Source: a virus | Taxonomy: Duplodnaviria; Caudoviricetes | Length of the DNA stretch: 64,000 nucleotides | Virus record (IMG/VR): IMGVR_UViG_3300047159_000056 | Location: 143,397 to 207,396 of that record | Reading direction: 5' to 3' (one strand) | Shown here: in pieces, positions 1 through 11,424 of the stretch | Layout: the number at the start of each line of letters is the position of its first letter | Position numbering within the stretch: the first letter of the stretch is position 1 | The notes under the pieces: model-generated | The model's input: only the letters and a program-made list of their open reading frames with translations | Database searches by the model: none | Told to the model about the DNA's origin: nothing | Program-made: the position numbers and the translations under genes

Positions 1-3000
1 TTATTTAATATAGATTTAGTATTAAAAGATTCTCGCTCCTTTTTAGCTTCATTTGATGCCTTACTAAATATACTTTTCATACTACCAATCTTACCTACAG
101 ATATTGCTTCTCTAGGATTTTCTCCAACAATACTAAATGTAAGATTAAGATCGCTTCCACCTGGATCTATATCTCCAGATCTTTCTTCACTAAAATCTCT
201 AAGAACAACTAGGAGATCATACTTAGATATAGTTTCTAGTTGTGGAGTTAAAGAATATATAATACATCTAAATGTCACATTCTTGTACAAGGCTGGACAA
301 ATAAAAGATTTATCTATTGAAGTCAGTGCTCTTAATTTAACTGGTGTATAGTTTCCATTAGAATATCCATAATACCCTTGATCATGTGGTTCACTACTAT
401 AAACAGAAGCATCAGCGCATCTTTCAAAGTATGTTCTCCAGGATTTATACTGATCATCTGCTATTGTTAGTCTCAGTTCATTTGTATATTCCATAGAGAT
501 AGGATAATTTATTTCTCCATCATATAGCCCAAGAGATTTAGAATTCATCTTGCTCTTACTTAGATCAAATGAGGTGAATGGTATCCATTTATTATAGTCA
601 GTATTTACTCCATAATGAACCATATTCCAAACATTAATCTCATCTATACTTGGTAGATAAGAATAATATGCATTTTCATAACCAACAAAAGGATCAAATA
701 CTATTTCCCAGAAAGAATTATCGTCTAAGGTATATACTCTTCCTCCTTTTGCTATATTGGCATTTGAAGTTGAAAATTTATCTACAGTTGTTGAGAATAA
801 ACTATTTTTTAGAGTATCTTTTAAGTCTTCTACGGATTTTATATCAGATGGATAGGAACCACATAATTCTTGTAGAGTTGTTGTCATTCCCCAAGAGCTA
901 ATATAATTCTCATGAAAAGTATATGGAGTTTCAGGTATATATCCTAATAATCCTTTACCAAGAGCTGCCTTAGCTGCATTTATTACTTTCTTGAAAAAAC
1001 TTGTCTTAGCTACACTAGTTGTAATAGAAGTATCAGTTACATTTGAATGTTTAGTATCATGAATAGAAGTATTTATTCTGTTATTTCCATATTCCCATCC
1101 CTCAGTAGGAGTTTTCTTTTGAGGTCTATTTAATGGGGCCTCAGTATCTACCATAGAACTAGAAGATGCACTTTTCTTTACACTACTTATGATACTTGAT
1201 AATGCTCTCTTACCAGCTAATACTACATCACCACTTTGAGCTAAATTTTGAATTACACCAGAATCTTTTCCAGGAAGTCTATCTCTATTGGATTTAGAAG
1301 CAACTTCACTTACTCTTCTTGCAGCAACTAAGGCCATAAGAACAGTATCGAGCGCCTCTTCTCTAATATTAGTAGTAGTGTCTCCCGGTTTACTTCCTAA
1401 AGCCCACGTACCACTTTTACCAGGAATCCAACTAACAGATTTTTCAGCTAACCATCTAAGATATGTACTGGCGCTTAAGGCATTGCTCCAAGATACATTT
1501 AATTTATACTTAGCCATTTGAACAGTTCCTTGGTCTCTTATTATAGTTCCAAAAAGTTCTGATTCAAATTGCTCTACTTTATCCTGTGTAAGTTCCCCTC
1601 CGCTCAAGTATCTGCTCATAAGAGTTTTTACCTTACTAGCCCAACCTGTATCTAAGTTTTTATTATCTGCAAAATGAAGTAAGTTATCATAGTAAGAATC
1701 TAAGTTATCTCTAGAATTAAATACTTTCTCTAGTTCTTTCTCTTCATCATTTGCAGGACTAATTACTTTTGGTCTAACAGCTTCATCTACATTTCTGCTG
1801 GTTATTGTTTCTAGTAATTCTTCTTCGCTCTTATCTTTTCCTGTATCTAATCTTGGTTTATCTTTATTTTCTAATCCAGTTTTTACATCTTCTGGACTAT
1901 AAGAATTTACTTTATCTTTTAGGAAATCTTCATCTAAGGTACCATTAGTTGCTTTATCTACTTTCTCATAACTTTTATCTAACTTATCTTGAAATCCAGT
2001 ATGAGTAAAATCATCCCTTGTAGTATCTGTTTCAGAATCTCTTTTAAAATTACCTCCAAGGTTTGTTTTAGAAGTATCATCTTTTGAAGCATCCACTAAG
2101 GTACTACTAAGACTATCTATTGGTGTTTCTTTATCTATATCTTTTACACCAAGTCTAGTATCATAAAGTTGACCATCACTTATATTCTCAAATTGTCCAT
2201 GATCAGCCTCACCATTTGTATTAAGCTTACTAGTATCGTCTTTTGTAGCATCTATTAGAGTAGTACTAAGACCAGAATCAGTAGCTTTATTAGTTTCATC
2301 TCCTGGATTAATGGTATGTTTGTCAGTATCAATTACGTCATCCAAGAAAGTACTAAGTGGAGACTCTTTATCTTCTCCTATTACATCTTCTAGCTTATCA
2401 CTAAGAGGAGAATCTTTATCACTACCTATTACATCATCTAAGAAAGTACTAAGTGGAGACTCTTTGTCACCTCCTATTATATCTTCTAGATCAGTACTTA
2501 AGGTAGCTTCATCAGGATTTGTTCCAGATGTTGTACTTTGACTAATATTCTCTAGGTCTGTACTAAGAGGATTATTACTTTCTACATAATTATCAACTGG
2601 CTCTAGTTTTGTACTTAGACTAGAGGGATCATTACTATCTCCCTGAACCTTTTCTACATTTCCCTCTAAGCTAGGATCTTCTCCTGGGTCTATCTTACTA
2701 ACATAGTCACTAAGAGGGGATTCTTTATCTTCTCCAAGTAAATTTTCTACCTCAGTACCTAGTGGGACATCTATATTAGTTGTTCCTATTATATCCTCTC
2801 GCTCTGTACCTAAGGGAACATCTATATTAGTGGTACCAATAATATTCTCTCGCTCTGTACCTAAGGGAACATCTATATTAGTAGTACCAATAATATTCTC
2901 TCGCTCTGTACCTAGTGGGACGTCTATATTAGTAGTACCTATTATATCCGGTCTCTCTGTACCTAAGGAAACATCTATGTTGGTAGTTCCGATAATATTA

Positions 3001-4637
3001 GGTCTTTCACCATCTAGATTTGTTATACTATCATTTCCATTTCCAGGATCTAATTTTATAGATTCTGTTTTAAATTTATCAGAAACAGTAGTATCTAAGG
3101 TATCAGAATTTCCAGCACCTAATTTCTCTAAGGTTCCAGATATATTGTTATCCGATTCAGTATAATTCTCTACTTTTTCACTAGGTTCAGATCCAAGTTC
3201 TATATCACTAGGCTTAGGTTCTATATCTATTAAGTTTGCCTTAAGAGAGTCTAAGTCTTGAGGATTTTCTATTTTTTCTACATCTGTACCTAGGGGAACA
3301 TCAATGTTAGTAGTACCTATTATATCCGGTCTCTCTGTACCTAAGGAAACATCTATGTTGGTAGTTCCGATAATATTAGGTCTTTCAGTACCTAGAGAAA
3401 CATCTTTATCTTTTCCTACAACTTTTTCTAATTCTGTACCTAGGGAAGTATCTTTATTTGTTCCAACTATGTTTTCTAAGTCAGTACCTAAGGGAACATC
3501 TATATTAGTAGTGCCCTCTATATTTTCCAAGATAGAATCTAAAGAAGTATCAGAAATAGAACCAACTATCTTTGATGCATCTGTTCCTAAGCTAGTATCC
3601 TTAATTGAACCTAGGATAGAATCTTTTTCACTACTAAGACTTACTTCTTTCTTACCCGATTCATTAAGCTTTTGTAGTTCTTTTCCAAGTTCTGCATCGC
3701 TTGTCTCACCATTGATATTTTCTCTGATCCCGCTAAGTGAAGTTGTCTCATCTTTGGTATTGGAAACTTTATCGAGAAAGGAGGATAGTGAATCACCACT
3801 TTCTTCCCCTCCAATTATATTTTCTCTTTTACCTTCTAGACTAGGATCTTCTGACTTTCCAGTTATTTTCTCTAAGTCTGTTTCAAGAGCTGTTTCTGTT
3901 TGTTTACCTAAGACTTTATCTATAGTTCCAGATAATTCTTTGGGATCATTAAGTTTATTTTCTACTTTTTCTAAGTCTCCATCTAAGGAAGTTATCTTAG
4001 TATCTTTCCCTTCTATCCTAGTAACCCCTTTTTCGAGACTACTAGGGGAATGTGTACTTCCAATAAGCTCAGATGCACTAGAACTTTTAATTTCTTTCTC
4101 CGCTAAAGTCTCAGAACTCTTAGAATTTTTTATTTTTTCAATTTCTGATTCTAGAGTCTTTAACTTATCCTTTGAATTTATAATAGGAGAGACTTGTTCT
4201 GATAGTGTATTATCTTCCTTTGGTGAGAGTATTTCTTTAAACTTGCTAAGAGACTCAATATCTTTAGTACCAGGCTCTATATCCTCTAAGTTATTTCCTA
4301 GAGAAGGGTCTTTTCCTATATTTATATCAAGTCTCTTTCCTTCAAGTTTATCTATATTTTTATTAGAGGCTATCCACTCTTTTTCACTAACTAATTTGGA
4401 AACCTCTTTACCACCTTTATTTAAGACTTCTAATTTATCACTAAGGCTATTTATTTCCTTAATGGAACCGTATCTTCTTCCACTTACCTCTAGATTATCC
4501 TTTCCGAGTTCAGTGTGTTCATCTACTAGTTCTCTATTTTTCTTTAAATATTTACTAAGGGCTAGTATTTCCTCTGGTTTTGTAAATCTATCACAACCTG
4601 TCTGGATCTTATTTTCTTTTCTAATTTCTGTATCCAT
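1..4637 (-). CDS. Giant (>1545 aa) virion protein with a long acidic ~17-aa repeat region and a C-terminal tail-tube/baseplate-initiator-like domain; runs off the window edge
   Basis: ATG at 4637 (MDTEIRKENK...). The frame is still open at position 1, so it is absent from the ORF track. The + strand ORFs at 1288, 2311, 2830 and 3304 all share one shadow frame. C-terminal ...YPISMEYTNELRLTIADDQYKSWRTYFE resembles T4 gp19/gp48/gp54-type tube folds (inference). Confidence 0.75.
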   Translation of the reverse strand, partial: MDTEIRKENKIQTGCDRFTKPEEILALSKYLKKNRELVDEHTELGKDNLEVSGRRYGSIKEINSLSDKLEVLNKGGKEVSKLVSEKEWIASNKNIDKLEGKRLDINIGKDPSLGNNLEDIEPGTKDIESLSKFKEILSPKEDNTLSEQVSPIINSKDKLKTLESEIEKIKNSKSSETLAEKEIKSSSASELIGSTHSPSSLEKGVTRIEGKDTKITSLDGDLEKVENKLNDPKELSGTIDKVLGKQTETALETDLEKITGKSEDPSLEGKRENIIGGEESGDSLSSFLDKVSNTKDETTSLSGIRENINGETSDAELGKELQKLNESGKKEVSLSSEKDSILGSIKDTSLGTDASKIVGSISDTSLDSILENIEGTTNIDVPLGTDLENIVGTNKDTSLGTELEKVVGKDKDVSLGTERPNIIGTTNIDVSLGTERPDIIGTTNIDVPLGTDVEKIENPQDLDSLKANLIDIEPKPSDIELGSEPSEKVENYTESDNNISGTLEKLGAGNSDTLDTTVSDKFKTESIKLDPGNGNDSITNLDGERPNIIGTTNIDVSLGTERPDIIGTTNIDVPLGTERENIIGTTNIDVPLGTERENIIGTTNIDVPLGTEREDIIGTTNIDVPLGTEVENLLGEDKESPLSDYVSKIDPGEDPSLEGNVEKVQGDSNDPSSLSTKLEPVDNYVESNNPLSTDLENISQSTTSGTNPDEATLSTDLEDIIGGDKESPLSTFLDDVIGSDKDSPLSDKLEDVIGEDKESPLSTFLDDVIDTDKHTINPGDETNKATDSGLSTTLIDATKDDTSKLNTNGEADHGQFENISDGQLYDTRLGVKDIDKETPIDSLSSTLVDASKDDTSKTNLGGNFKRDSETDTTRDDFTHTGFQDKLDKSYEKVDKATNGTLDEDFLKDKVNSYSPEDVKTGLENKDKPRLDTGKDKSEEELLETITSRNVDEAVRPKVISPANDEEKELEKVFNSRDNLDSYYDNLLHFADNKNLDTGWASKVKTLMSRYLSGGELTQDKVEQFESELFGTIIRDQGTVQMAKYKLNVSWSNALSASTYLRWLAEKSVSWIPGKSGTWALGSKPGDTTTNIREEALDTVLMALVAARRVSEVASKSNRDRLPGKDSGVIQNLAQSGDVVLAGKRALSSIISSVKKSASSSSMVDTEAPLNRPQKKTPTEGWEYGNNRINTSIHDTKHSNVTDTSITTSVAKTSFFKKVINAAKAALGKGLLGYIPETPYTFHENYISSWGMTTTLQELCGSYPSDIKSVEDLKDTLKNSLFSTTVDKFSTSNANIAKGGRVYTLDDNSFWEIVFDPFVGYENAYYSYLPSIDEINVWNMVHYGVNTDYNKWIPFTSFDLSKSKMNSKSLGLYDGEINYPISMEYTNELRLTIADDQYKSWRTYFERCADASVYSSEPHDQGYYGYSNGNYTPVKLRALTSIDKSFICPALYKNVTFRCIIYSLTPQLETISKYDLLVVLRDFSEERSGDIDPGGSDLNLTFSIVGENPREAISVGKIGSMKSIFSKASNEAKKERESFNTKSILN
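2750..3510. repeat. 51-bp (17-aa, LGTERENIIGTTNIDVP-like) tandem repeats plus a ~77-bp duplication (2931-3007 / 3310-3386)
   Basis: Unit tctgtacctaagggaacatctatattag...ataatattctctcgc is visibly repeated. Confidence 0.85.
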
Positions 4638-4640
4638 ACA

Positions 4641-5087
4641 CTATTCATCCAACGTTTCAGCAAGACTCATTAAGGTATAGTAATAAATTACATCTGCCGT
4701 CTCTGAGTATCCCTGTTTTTGTGTTATTTTAAATCTATAGGTTCTTTTCTCTCTAGTATATTGAAGTTCATCTCCAACCTCAAGAGAACCATCATTTGTT
4801 ATGGATTCTATACTATCTCTGTTTCGATTCCATACATCTCTCATTTCCCCTAGATTTATAATTAGTTTAGTTGTAAATTGATCATAATCATTTTCCAGAG
4901 TACTATCAGAAGAATATGTTCCTCCAAAGACTTGTTTCCATTTAGAATTATCTTTTGGTCTGAGTACCACAAAGTCTGTTCCTATTAAGTATAACTGAAT
5001 CTTAATGGCCTTCATTCCTATTGAGTAAAGTTTATTGGCTTTATCTAATTGGGAATTAACCATTCCTTCTTTTCCCCCTGTTGTCAT
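4641..5087 (-). CDS. Putative head-tail connector/neck protein
   Basis: 148 aa, beta-rich, in the structural operon; function inferred from context only. Confidence 0.4.
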   Translation of the reverse strand: MTTGGKEGMVNSQLDKANKLYSIGMKAIKIQLYLIGTDFVVLRPKDNSKWKQVFGGTYSSDSTLENDYDQFTTKLIINLGEMRDVWNRNRDSIESITNDGSLEVGDELQYTREKRTYRFKITQKQGYSETADVIYYYTLMSLAETLDE

Positions 5088-5089
5088 AA

Positions 5090-5476
5090 TTATTTCTTAA
5101 GATTTATATCCACAATAGAACAAAACCCCTCAAGTTCTATAATTTTCTTAACTAAGCCAAGAATATCTTCATACTTTAAGGTTCCATTCATTGTCATAAG
5201 TAGCATAGTTCTTGTTGCATTCCCAGTATTTGTTCTTATGAATCTATTTGCACTTCTAATATAGTCATCTATATCATATTGATCGTAGTCCATATCTTCG
5301 GGAATATATATCTTTATGCCATCTTTCACTCTTTGATCTGGAATAATACTAATTGTGTCAGTAGGGATTTTTCCAACTACTTCATAATCTTCTATCTTTT
5401 CCTTATCCAGATCCCTAACTAATTTATCTATCATTGCTCCAGATGAGTAAGAATATATTTTTTCTAAGATCATCAT
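5090..5476 (-). CDS. Leader-family virion protein (MMILEKIYS)
   Basis: ORF with N-terminal KxYS motif. Confidence 0.55.
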   Translation of the reverse strand: MMILEKIYSYSSGAMIDKLVRDLDKEKIEDYEVVGKIPTDTISIIPDQRVKDGIKIYIPEDMDYDQYDIDDYIRSANRFIRTNTGNATRTMLLMTMNGTLKYEDILGLVKKIIELEGFCSIVDINLKK

Positions 5477-6768
5477 TTTTCAAATATATTAGGTTTCTCT
5501 CCACTAGACATAAGTTTCTTTAAGACAAAATCAAACTCATTTCTGTTTTGAATACAATATGTATATACTGTAGCTTTACCAATAGTGGACTTTTTTACTT
5601 TTCCACCAATTAATCCTTTAAATGATTTTTCTACTTTTTCTTCTTCCTTACTTCCACTAACTACTGAAACCATAAAAACTCCAGATACTAGAGAAATATT
5701 AATAGGACATTTAGTATCACCAATTGTATAATTAAATCCCTCAATATAATGTAAGTTGCCTAATCTTGATTTTAGAAATTCGTTATTAAAGTCCTGTGCT
5801 CTTGCTGGGAGACCTGCTTTAATTGCTTCATCGTTTCTAAGTTTACTAACACCAGAGTTTAGCATTTCAATTACTGATTCAGAAATAGCTTCTTTAGGAC
5901 CACCTCCAAAACCAAAACCTCCTACTAAACTACCAATACCATTAGAAATAATTTTAATGATATCGTATTTATTCAATCTTCCAAGTCCACCAACATTAAA
6001 GCTAAAGGTTTTTTCTTGATCACTTCCATCTCCCCCAGCTAAGTTTTCTTGATTTGGATATTGAAAATTAGTAGATGCATCCTCTAATCTTCTAGATATA
6101 ATTGCGTTATTATCAAGAAGATTAATTCTAGTTCCAAGTGTACTGCTAAGCTCCATTATAAAGTTACATATCACCTGATAATTAGTAAAGGTTATATCTA
6201 CTGCATAGGCCAAAGCTCTAGCATTTATTACTTTAGAGCTATATTCCATACTAAAATATTTCTTGCAATAATAGTCTAGAGTCTTATCTACTTTGTTAAA
6301 TTCATCTTTAGTTAAGCCAAATGTATATAAGGTAACTGTATTGTCGTGAATAGCTATGTTAATTTTATATTTAGAAACATCCCTATCGTTAAATTCAAAT
6401 TTCTCACTTATATTAGCTCTTCTATCTATACTATCTCCAACAGTGATGCCAGATACTTGATAAACTCCAAATTGTCTTCTAATGGCTTTATCAACTTCCT
6501 GATATTTAACATGATTCATTGGCTTGTGAAGATAATTAACAAAGAATTTAGCTGCTATACCAGATAGAAAACCAGCCTTAGCTCCAGTTATTGCATCGCT
6601 TATAATATGACCATCTCTGGATATTCCACCAACTAAGCCACCAATTCCAGCTCCTGCAAAAGTTCCCTTCGCTGCTAGTTCTGCTGCTCCAGGTATGTCT
6701 TCCATATCTTTAGGACCAGTATAGTGTCCCTCGGGTATAGTATAATTTTTTATTCTAAACTTAATCAT
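5473..6768 (-). CDS. Leader-family protein with glycine-zipper segment (MIKFRIKNYT; internal EKTFS)
   Basis: GAGIGGLVGG glycine zipper; leader motif. Confidence 0.6.
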   Translation of the reverse strand: MIKFRIKNYTIPEGHYTGPKDMEDIPGAAELAAKGTFAGAGIGGLVGGISRDGHIISDAITGAKAGFLSGIAAKFFVNYLHKPMNHVKYQEVDKAIRRQFGVYQVSGITVGDSIDRRANISEKFEFNDRDVSKYKINIAIHDNTVTLYTFGLTKDEFNKVDKTLDYYCKKYFSMEYSSKVINARALAYAVDITFTNYQVICNFIMELSSTLGTRINLLDNNAIISRRLEDASTNFQYPNQENLAGGDGSDQEKTFSFNVGGLGRLNKYDIIKIISNGIGSLVGGFGFGGGPKEAISESVIEMLNSGVSKLRNDEAIKAGLPARAQDFNNEFLKSRLGNLHYIEGFNYTIGDTKCPINISLVSGVFMVSVVSGSKEEEKVEKSFKGLIGGKVKKSTIGKATVYTYCIQNRNEFDFVLKKLMSSGEKPNIFEK

Positions 6769-6777
6769 AATATATAT

Positions 6778-7404
6778 TTATCTTCTTACAGGTACCATTC
6801 CAGTTGGTACACTCATCCTACCATATCCACTTTCCATAGTATTACCTATAGACTTAATGGTTGTCTTATTATTTCTTAGAGATTTGCTAAAGTTAGTTTT
6901 GCCATACCTATCAGATACTTTTTTCATAGCCCTAATGGCTCTATTTGGCATAAGAGGAACTTTTTGAACTACTGGAATTGCTGCACTATAACCAGGAGCA
7001 GTTAATGCAGCGCCAACAGGACCACCAATAGCTAAACCAACTGGAGTAGTTACTTGAGATGCAGCAGCTACTATTGCTACGTCAGGTCTTTGTATAGCAG
7101 TCTTTATTCCATTATCAACTACTCTTCCTATTGGAGTATTAACTACATTATTTACTCCTTGTTTTATTTCTACTGCTTCCCTATTAAGAGCCACTCCCTT
7201 TTTAGGAGAAAATCTAAATGCATCCGCAGGACTATTAACTGGCCTCTTTCCAAACATCCCTTTTACAGTTCTTTTGACAGAATCTCCAGCTCTTAAACCA
7301 GCATTATCTATCTTAGTCATGGTATTAGAATTGGCTAGTTTTCTATATTGTCTTACTAATCTTAGCGATTTGCTAGAATAAGTTTTATCTCGTAATATTA
7401 TCAT
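6778..7404 (-). CDS. Leader-family basic protein (MIILRDKTYS), paralog of 7411-8025
   Basis: Shares MTKIDNAGL and VVNTPIG..VD.GI...I.RPDVA with its neighbour. Confidence 0.7.
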   Translation of the reverse strand: MIILRDKTYSSKSLRLVRQYRKLANSNTMTKIDNAGLRAGDSVKRTVKGMFGKRPVNSPADAFRFSPKKGVALNREAVEIKQGVNNVVNTPIGRVVDNGIKTAIQRPDVAIVAAASQVTTPVGLAIGGPVGAALTAPGYSAAIPVVQKVPLMPNRAIRAMKKVSDRYGKTNFSKSLRNNKTTIKSIGNTMESGYGRMSVPTGMVPVRR

Positions 7405-7410
7405 AATTTT

Positions 7411-8025
7411 TTAATATGCTACAGAATTAGGTATAAATCCAGTGGACATAGGCATATGAGAAGCTCCTTTACTAATTCCTTGTCCTATAGTCTTTAAAGA
7501 AGCTTGACTATTATTTAATGTCTTACTCATACCAGTCTGACTATATTTTGTTGCTAATTTATCTAAAGAACCAAGGGCTTTCTTTGGAAGAAGTGGATGT
7601 TTCTGTACAAAACCAGCTGCCGCTTCTAAAGGTGCAGCACTCATGGCAACTCCAGTAGTTCCTCCAACAATTCCTGGGGTTAATTCAGCCGCTACTAAGG
7701 TTCCAGCTACATCTGGTCTTCTAATGGTTGCTTGTATACCTTTGTCAACCACACCACCAATAGGAGTATTAACTACCTTAGACGCTGTATTTTTCATACC
7801 AATAGTTTCTCTCCCGATTTGAGTTGCAGATTTTGGAGCTAATTTCTCAAGCTTATTCAATGGACGCCCACCACCTCGAATTGTATTTTGTAATGCCTTA
7901 TTTGTTGCTAGACCGGCATTATCTATCTTAGTCATGGCTTTATTCGCCACAGTTTTTGCGCCAGCTATTAGTTTTGTAAGGGCAGCTGAGTATTCCTTTT
8001 GTTCTTTATGTCTTAGTAGTATCAT
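7411..8025 (-). CDS. Leader-family basic protein (MILLRHKEQKEYS), paralog of 6778-7404
   Basis: Shared blocks as above. Confidence 0.7.
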   Translation of the reverse strand: MILLRHKEQKEYSAALTKLIAGAKTVANKAMTKIDNAGLATNKALQNTIRGGGRPLNKLEKLAPKSATQIGRETIGMKNTASKVVNTPIGGVVDKGIQATIRRPDVAGTLVAAELTPGIVGGTTGVAMSAAPLEAAAGFVQKHPLLPKKALGSLDKLATKYSQTGMSKTLNNSQASLKTIGQGISKGASHMPMSTGFIPNSVAY

Positions 8026-8031
8026 AGTTAT

Positions 8032-8802
8032 TTACATTAAGAGTTCGCCATACCAACCAGACTGTAGGGCATATTGATCACATCTACCCCTTAATTCCTG
8101 ATAAGCACTATCTATATTTGCTAATATATCAACAGCAATGTTAGTTATATTAATACTTGCTTTTAATTGTCTAATATAATCAAAAATATTCATCATGATT
8201 AAGTCAAGAAAGTAATTACCTCTAGCTCCGCCATCTTCTACATTCATCCAATAAATAGCACTAGTTTCTGAATCCTCATTAAATTCCTTTACCTTATCAC
8301 TTTTCCAGTCAGGTACTATAGGTCTAGAACATATTGCCCTAAGATAAAATTCATCGGGAAGATTAGATATAAAAAGATATGGTCTCTGATAGTCTAAGCA
8401 AGTTTCATAAGATAATGCTTGTGGATATGATGCTGTACCTCCAAAAGATGAGTAAGTTACACCATTACTAGATATTCTCCACATAGGTATAGCATTAGGA
8501 ACAAGAATAATTTGATGTTCCGATATCATACATTTTAAGTAAAGTAAAAAATTAGATTTAACCTCACCATAACCCTCACGTCCAAAACAAGTTCCCAGTT
8601 GACTCTTGTTAACAGGCATTTCTAGAATAAGAGGACAAGTTATTTCAAATTCTCTTAGGGACTTCTTTATAATTTCTAGAATGATCTCATCTGCTGTAAG
8701 ATAGTCATTTAGTCCAAGTATATCTTCAAGTCCGCTTAATGATATAAGGCTTGATCTTATAAATATTTTCTTCTTAAGATCTACTAGAAGTGTTTTTTCC
8801 AT
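8032..8802 (-). CDS. Putative neck/head-completion protein
   Basis: 256 aa, next to the sheath gene; context only. Confidence 0.4.
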   Translation of the reverse strand: MEKTLLVDLKKKIFIRSSLISLSGLEDILGLNDYLTADEIILEIIKKSLREFEITCPLILEMPVNKSQLGTCFGREGYGEVKSNFLLYLKCMISEHQIILVPNAIPMWRISSNGVTYSSFGGTASYPQALSYETCLDYQRPYLFISNLPDEFYLRAICSRPIVPDWKSDKVKEFNEDSETSAIYWMNVEDGGARGNYFLDLIMMNIFDYIRQLKASINITNIAVDILANIDSAYQELRGRCDQYALQSGWYGELLM

Positions 8803-8874
8803 ACTTAATCTATAAATTAAAAATAGAGTAATACCCCATAAATCAATATGAGATATTACCCCAAAAAGTATATA

Positions 8875-11392
8875 TTAAATTTGTCCAGTAAATGCAAGAC
8901 CCATATCCAAAGCTTCATTGTAAACCTCAATGAACTTAAGACTTCTATTGAATCTGACTTCTATTAGAACTTTCATCCTGTTTGCTCTCTTATCCTCGTC
9001 TGTATTTAGATCTGCGATTGTAATTCTATAATCGTCAATCGTGTACTGCATCGGTAGGATATTCTGAATAAACCAGTAATCGATCACACTATATGCATCA
9101 GAATAAAGAGTATCCGTAATATGTCTTCCATGGAATTGACGTAACAGTCTTGGCATTGATTTACTAATTCTAATCATAAGTCTAGAATTACCATCTTCGT
9201 CAAGGATATTATTTTCACTTTCCTTTGTATAGGCATCATTCATAACCCAAGTCTGAATTTGAGTATCCCACATTACTGTATTGATTCTCTTAGAGAGTAG
9301 AAGCTGTCTTTGTCTCTTATTAAATTCAACAACAGGAGACTGCATCTGTGCAACTGCTCTCTGACCAAACATAGACATGAACTCTCTATCAAGTCCTCTA
9401 TTTCTATTAACTGATTCCCAATAGATTGTTGAAGGAGCTGCATAGAACTTAAATCCTACTGTGCCAGTATCAACATCCCAAGGAGCTGAGCAATATAATT
9501 TATAGTGGTCTTTAGCCAATCTATTTACTGAGTTTGCAATAGCTAGATAGTTAGTACTATTTACAGTAGAAGCTGCATAGAAGTAGTTACTATTAATAGC
9601 CATGTTAGCCATATAAGACTGGAAAATGCCATTAGTATTTCCAAGGTCTGCTAATCCTTCTGTCTGATATACCTCGTCATCATCAATCTTATCGAGAGCT
9701 TTGAGAAGGTTAATATCAGTTACATTCAAGATATCATACTTAGTTGGATTGATGCTAAGATCAACATAGATTTCCTCAGGTTCAACATCAGTTACCACCT
9801 TATACTGATAATAAGTTCCAGCAACGTCAGTACCAATCTTAGCGTAATCTCCTTCTTTAGGATTAGTTACAACAGTTGTTAGTTCTGTTTGAGAAGTTGC
9901 AGTATAGCTAATTGTACCAGAAGCTGTAGTGATATCAGTTAGAGTCGTAGGAACCCACTGTCCACTTGTATACTTAAGATATGTTGCGTTAACTTTACCA
10001 ACTAGAGCATAATCACCTTCTTTTGGATTAGTAATATTAGCCAGAGTCTTCCTTAGTTGATACTGCATTCCCATCAGCAATTGTTACACCTGTTGGAGCC
10101 GTAGTAAGAGCAACCCATCCTGTTTTCTTGTCATCAGATACATAGCCATAATAGTCAAGACCTAAGTCTAACATATTATCTGGCAGCTGAACCTGGATCA
10201 TATTTAAGAGAGCATTAAGTTCTGCCTCTGTCATATCTCCACGACCAGTGATCTTACCAACATTATAATATTCAGGAATTCCACTTACACTAGGATCTAA
10301 GATAGCTAGCTCATAGAAGTCACGATCAGTAATTGTTGTGCTTAAGACACCACCATTAGCTGCCTTGCTCTTTGCATATGTAGCCAGGACTGATTCTAGT
10401 ACAATATAAGGAGAGTCACCACCAGCATCTGCACTATTTGTACTTAGTTCTTTTGTAACTACTGCATCATGATTGAATCTACGAATTCTAAGCTTAAGAT
10501 CGCTACTAGAATTATAAGCATTAGTTGCATAATTAGGAACATCATCAAAAGAAGATACTGTTACTAAGTCAACTAAGTGCTGATTCTTATTTGTTTCATA
10601 AGTCCAATCAGGTTCACAGATAACTACATAAGATACACCATTAGGGCATCTTGAATCAGTTGTATCAAGGAAGTCCGAGCCAATGTAAACTTCACTAAAG
10701 ATTACACTAGTTGCTGCTGTTGTAACTGAACCGTCTGCATTAATAGCAATTTCTGAAGTACCCTTTTCGTCAGAGTAGAACTTATAGCTAGGTGAGAAGA
10801 ACTTAGGAGAATCATTTAAGAAATCAACAAGTTCCTGAAGGTTCTGTACATAATAGTCATACTGAGCACCGGCATCAGTAGTTCTATTACCAATTACACC
10901 AACATCACCAACTGCAAGACCCCAACCGTCTGTGCTATGTTCTGCGCTATCCTTATCTTCATCAACCACAATCTTGAAAGACTGAACTTTCTTAAGTAAT
11001 TGACCATCTTTTAGGATATATACATTTTTATCTGTCTTACTAAGTGGTTTAGCAAAGTAGATATTGTCACCTTTGAATGCTCTAACAATCAGCAAATTAC
11101 CAGCACCAGCTAATCTATAAGCATTAAGCCACATAGTAGATGCAACAGTGTCTTTACCATTTCCATACAGTGTATCAATAGCTGTCATATAATCTTCTGT
11201 TAAATCTTTAGAAGCATATGTAGCCAAGAACTCTTTCTGGGATGTAATAAGTGTTGGAGTACTTGGACCAGCATCAGATACAATAGTACATCCGACAATT
11301 AGATCTTCTCCAGCTGTAGGATTGATAGCAGCAGTTCTAATTTTCTCATGAACGTGAATATACGGTTCAAGAGTTTCTTTCCATTGTGCCAT
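8875..11392 (-). CDS. Contractile tail sheath protein, split by a 1-nt frameshift near 10045 (ORFs 10037-11392 and 8875-10080)
   Basis: N-terminal EPYIHVHEK...GPSTPTLITSQKEF and C-terminal LLSKRINTV...RLMIRI...MKVLIEVRF are sheath-like. Removing one base restores STKEDLANITNPKEGDYA, matching the internal repeat VTNPKEGDYA. Confidence 0.8.
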
Positions 11393-11424
11393 ATTTAATT
11401 TATTTCTTTCTTTTTATACATTAT

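Noticed and set aside
2750-3510. CRISPR-like array
   Set aside because: The units are contiguous in-frame coding repeats with no unique spacers and no cas genes.
4635-4643. Stop-codon recoding (TAG read-through would fuse the 148-aa ORF in frame to the giant ORF)
   Set aside because: Long genes are intact under code 11 and TAG ends several genes directly before terminators. No suppressor tRNA is visible.
650-4680. Plus-strand ORFs, including the 458-aa 3304-4680
   Set aside because: They are S/L/F-rich antisense shadows of the giant minus-strand gene. The same applies to the other short + ORFs throughout 5-54 kb.
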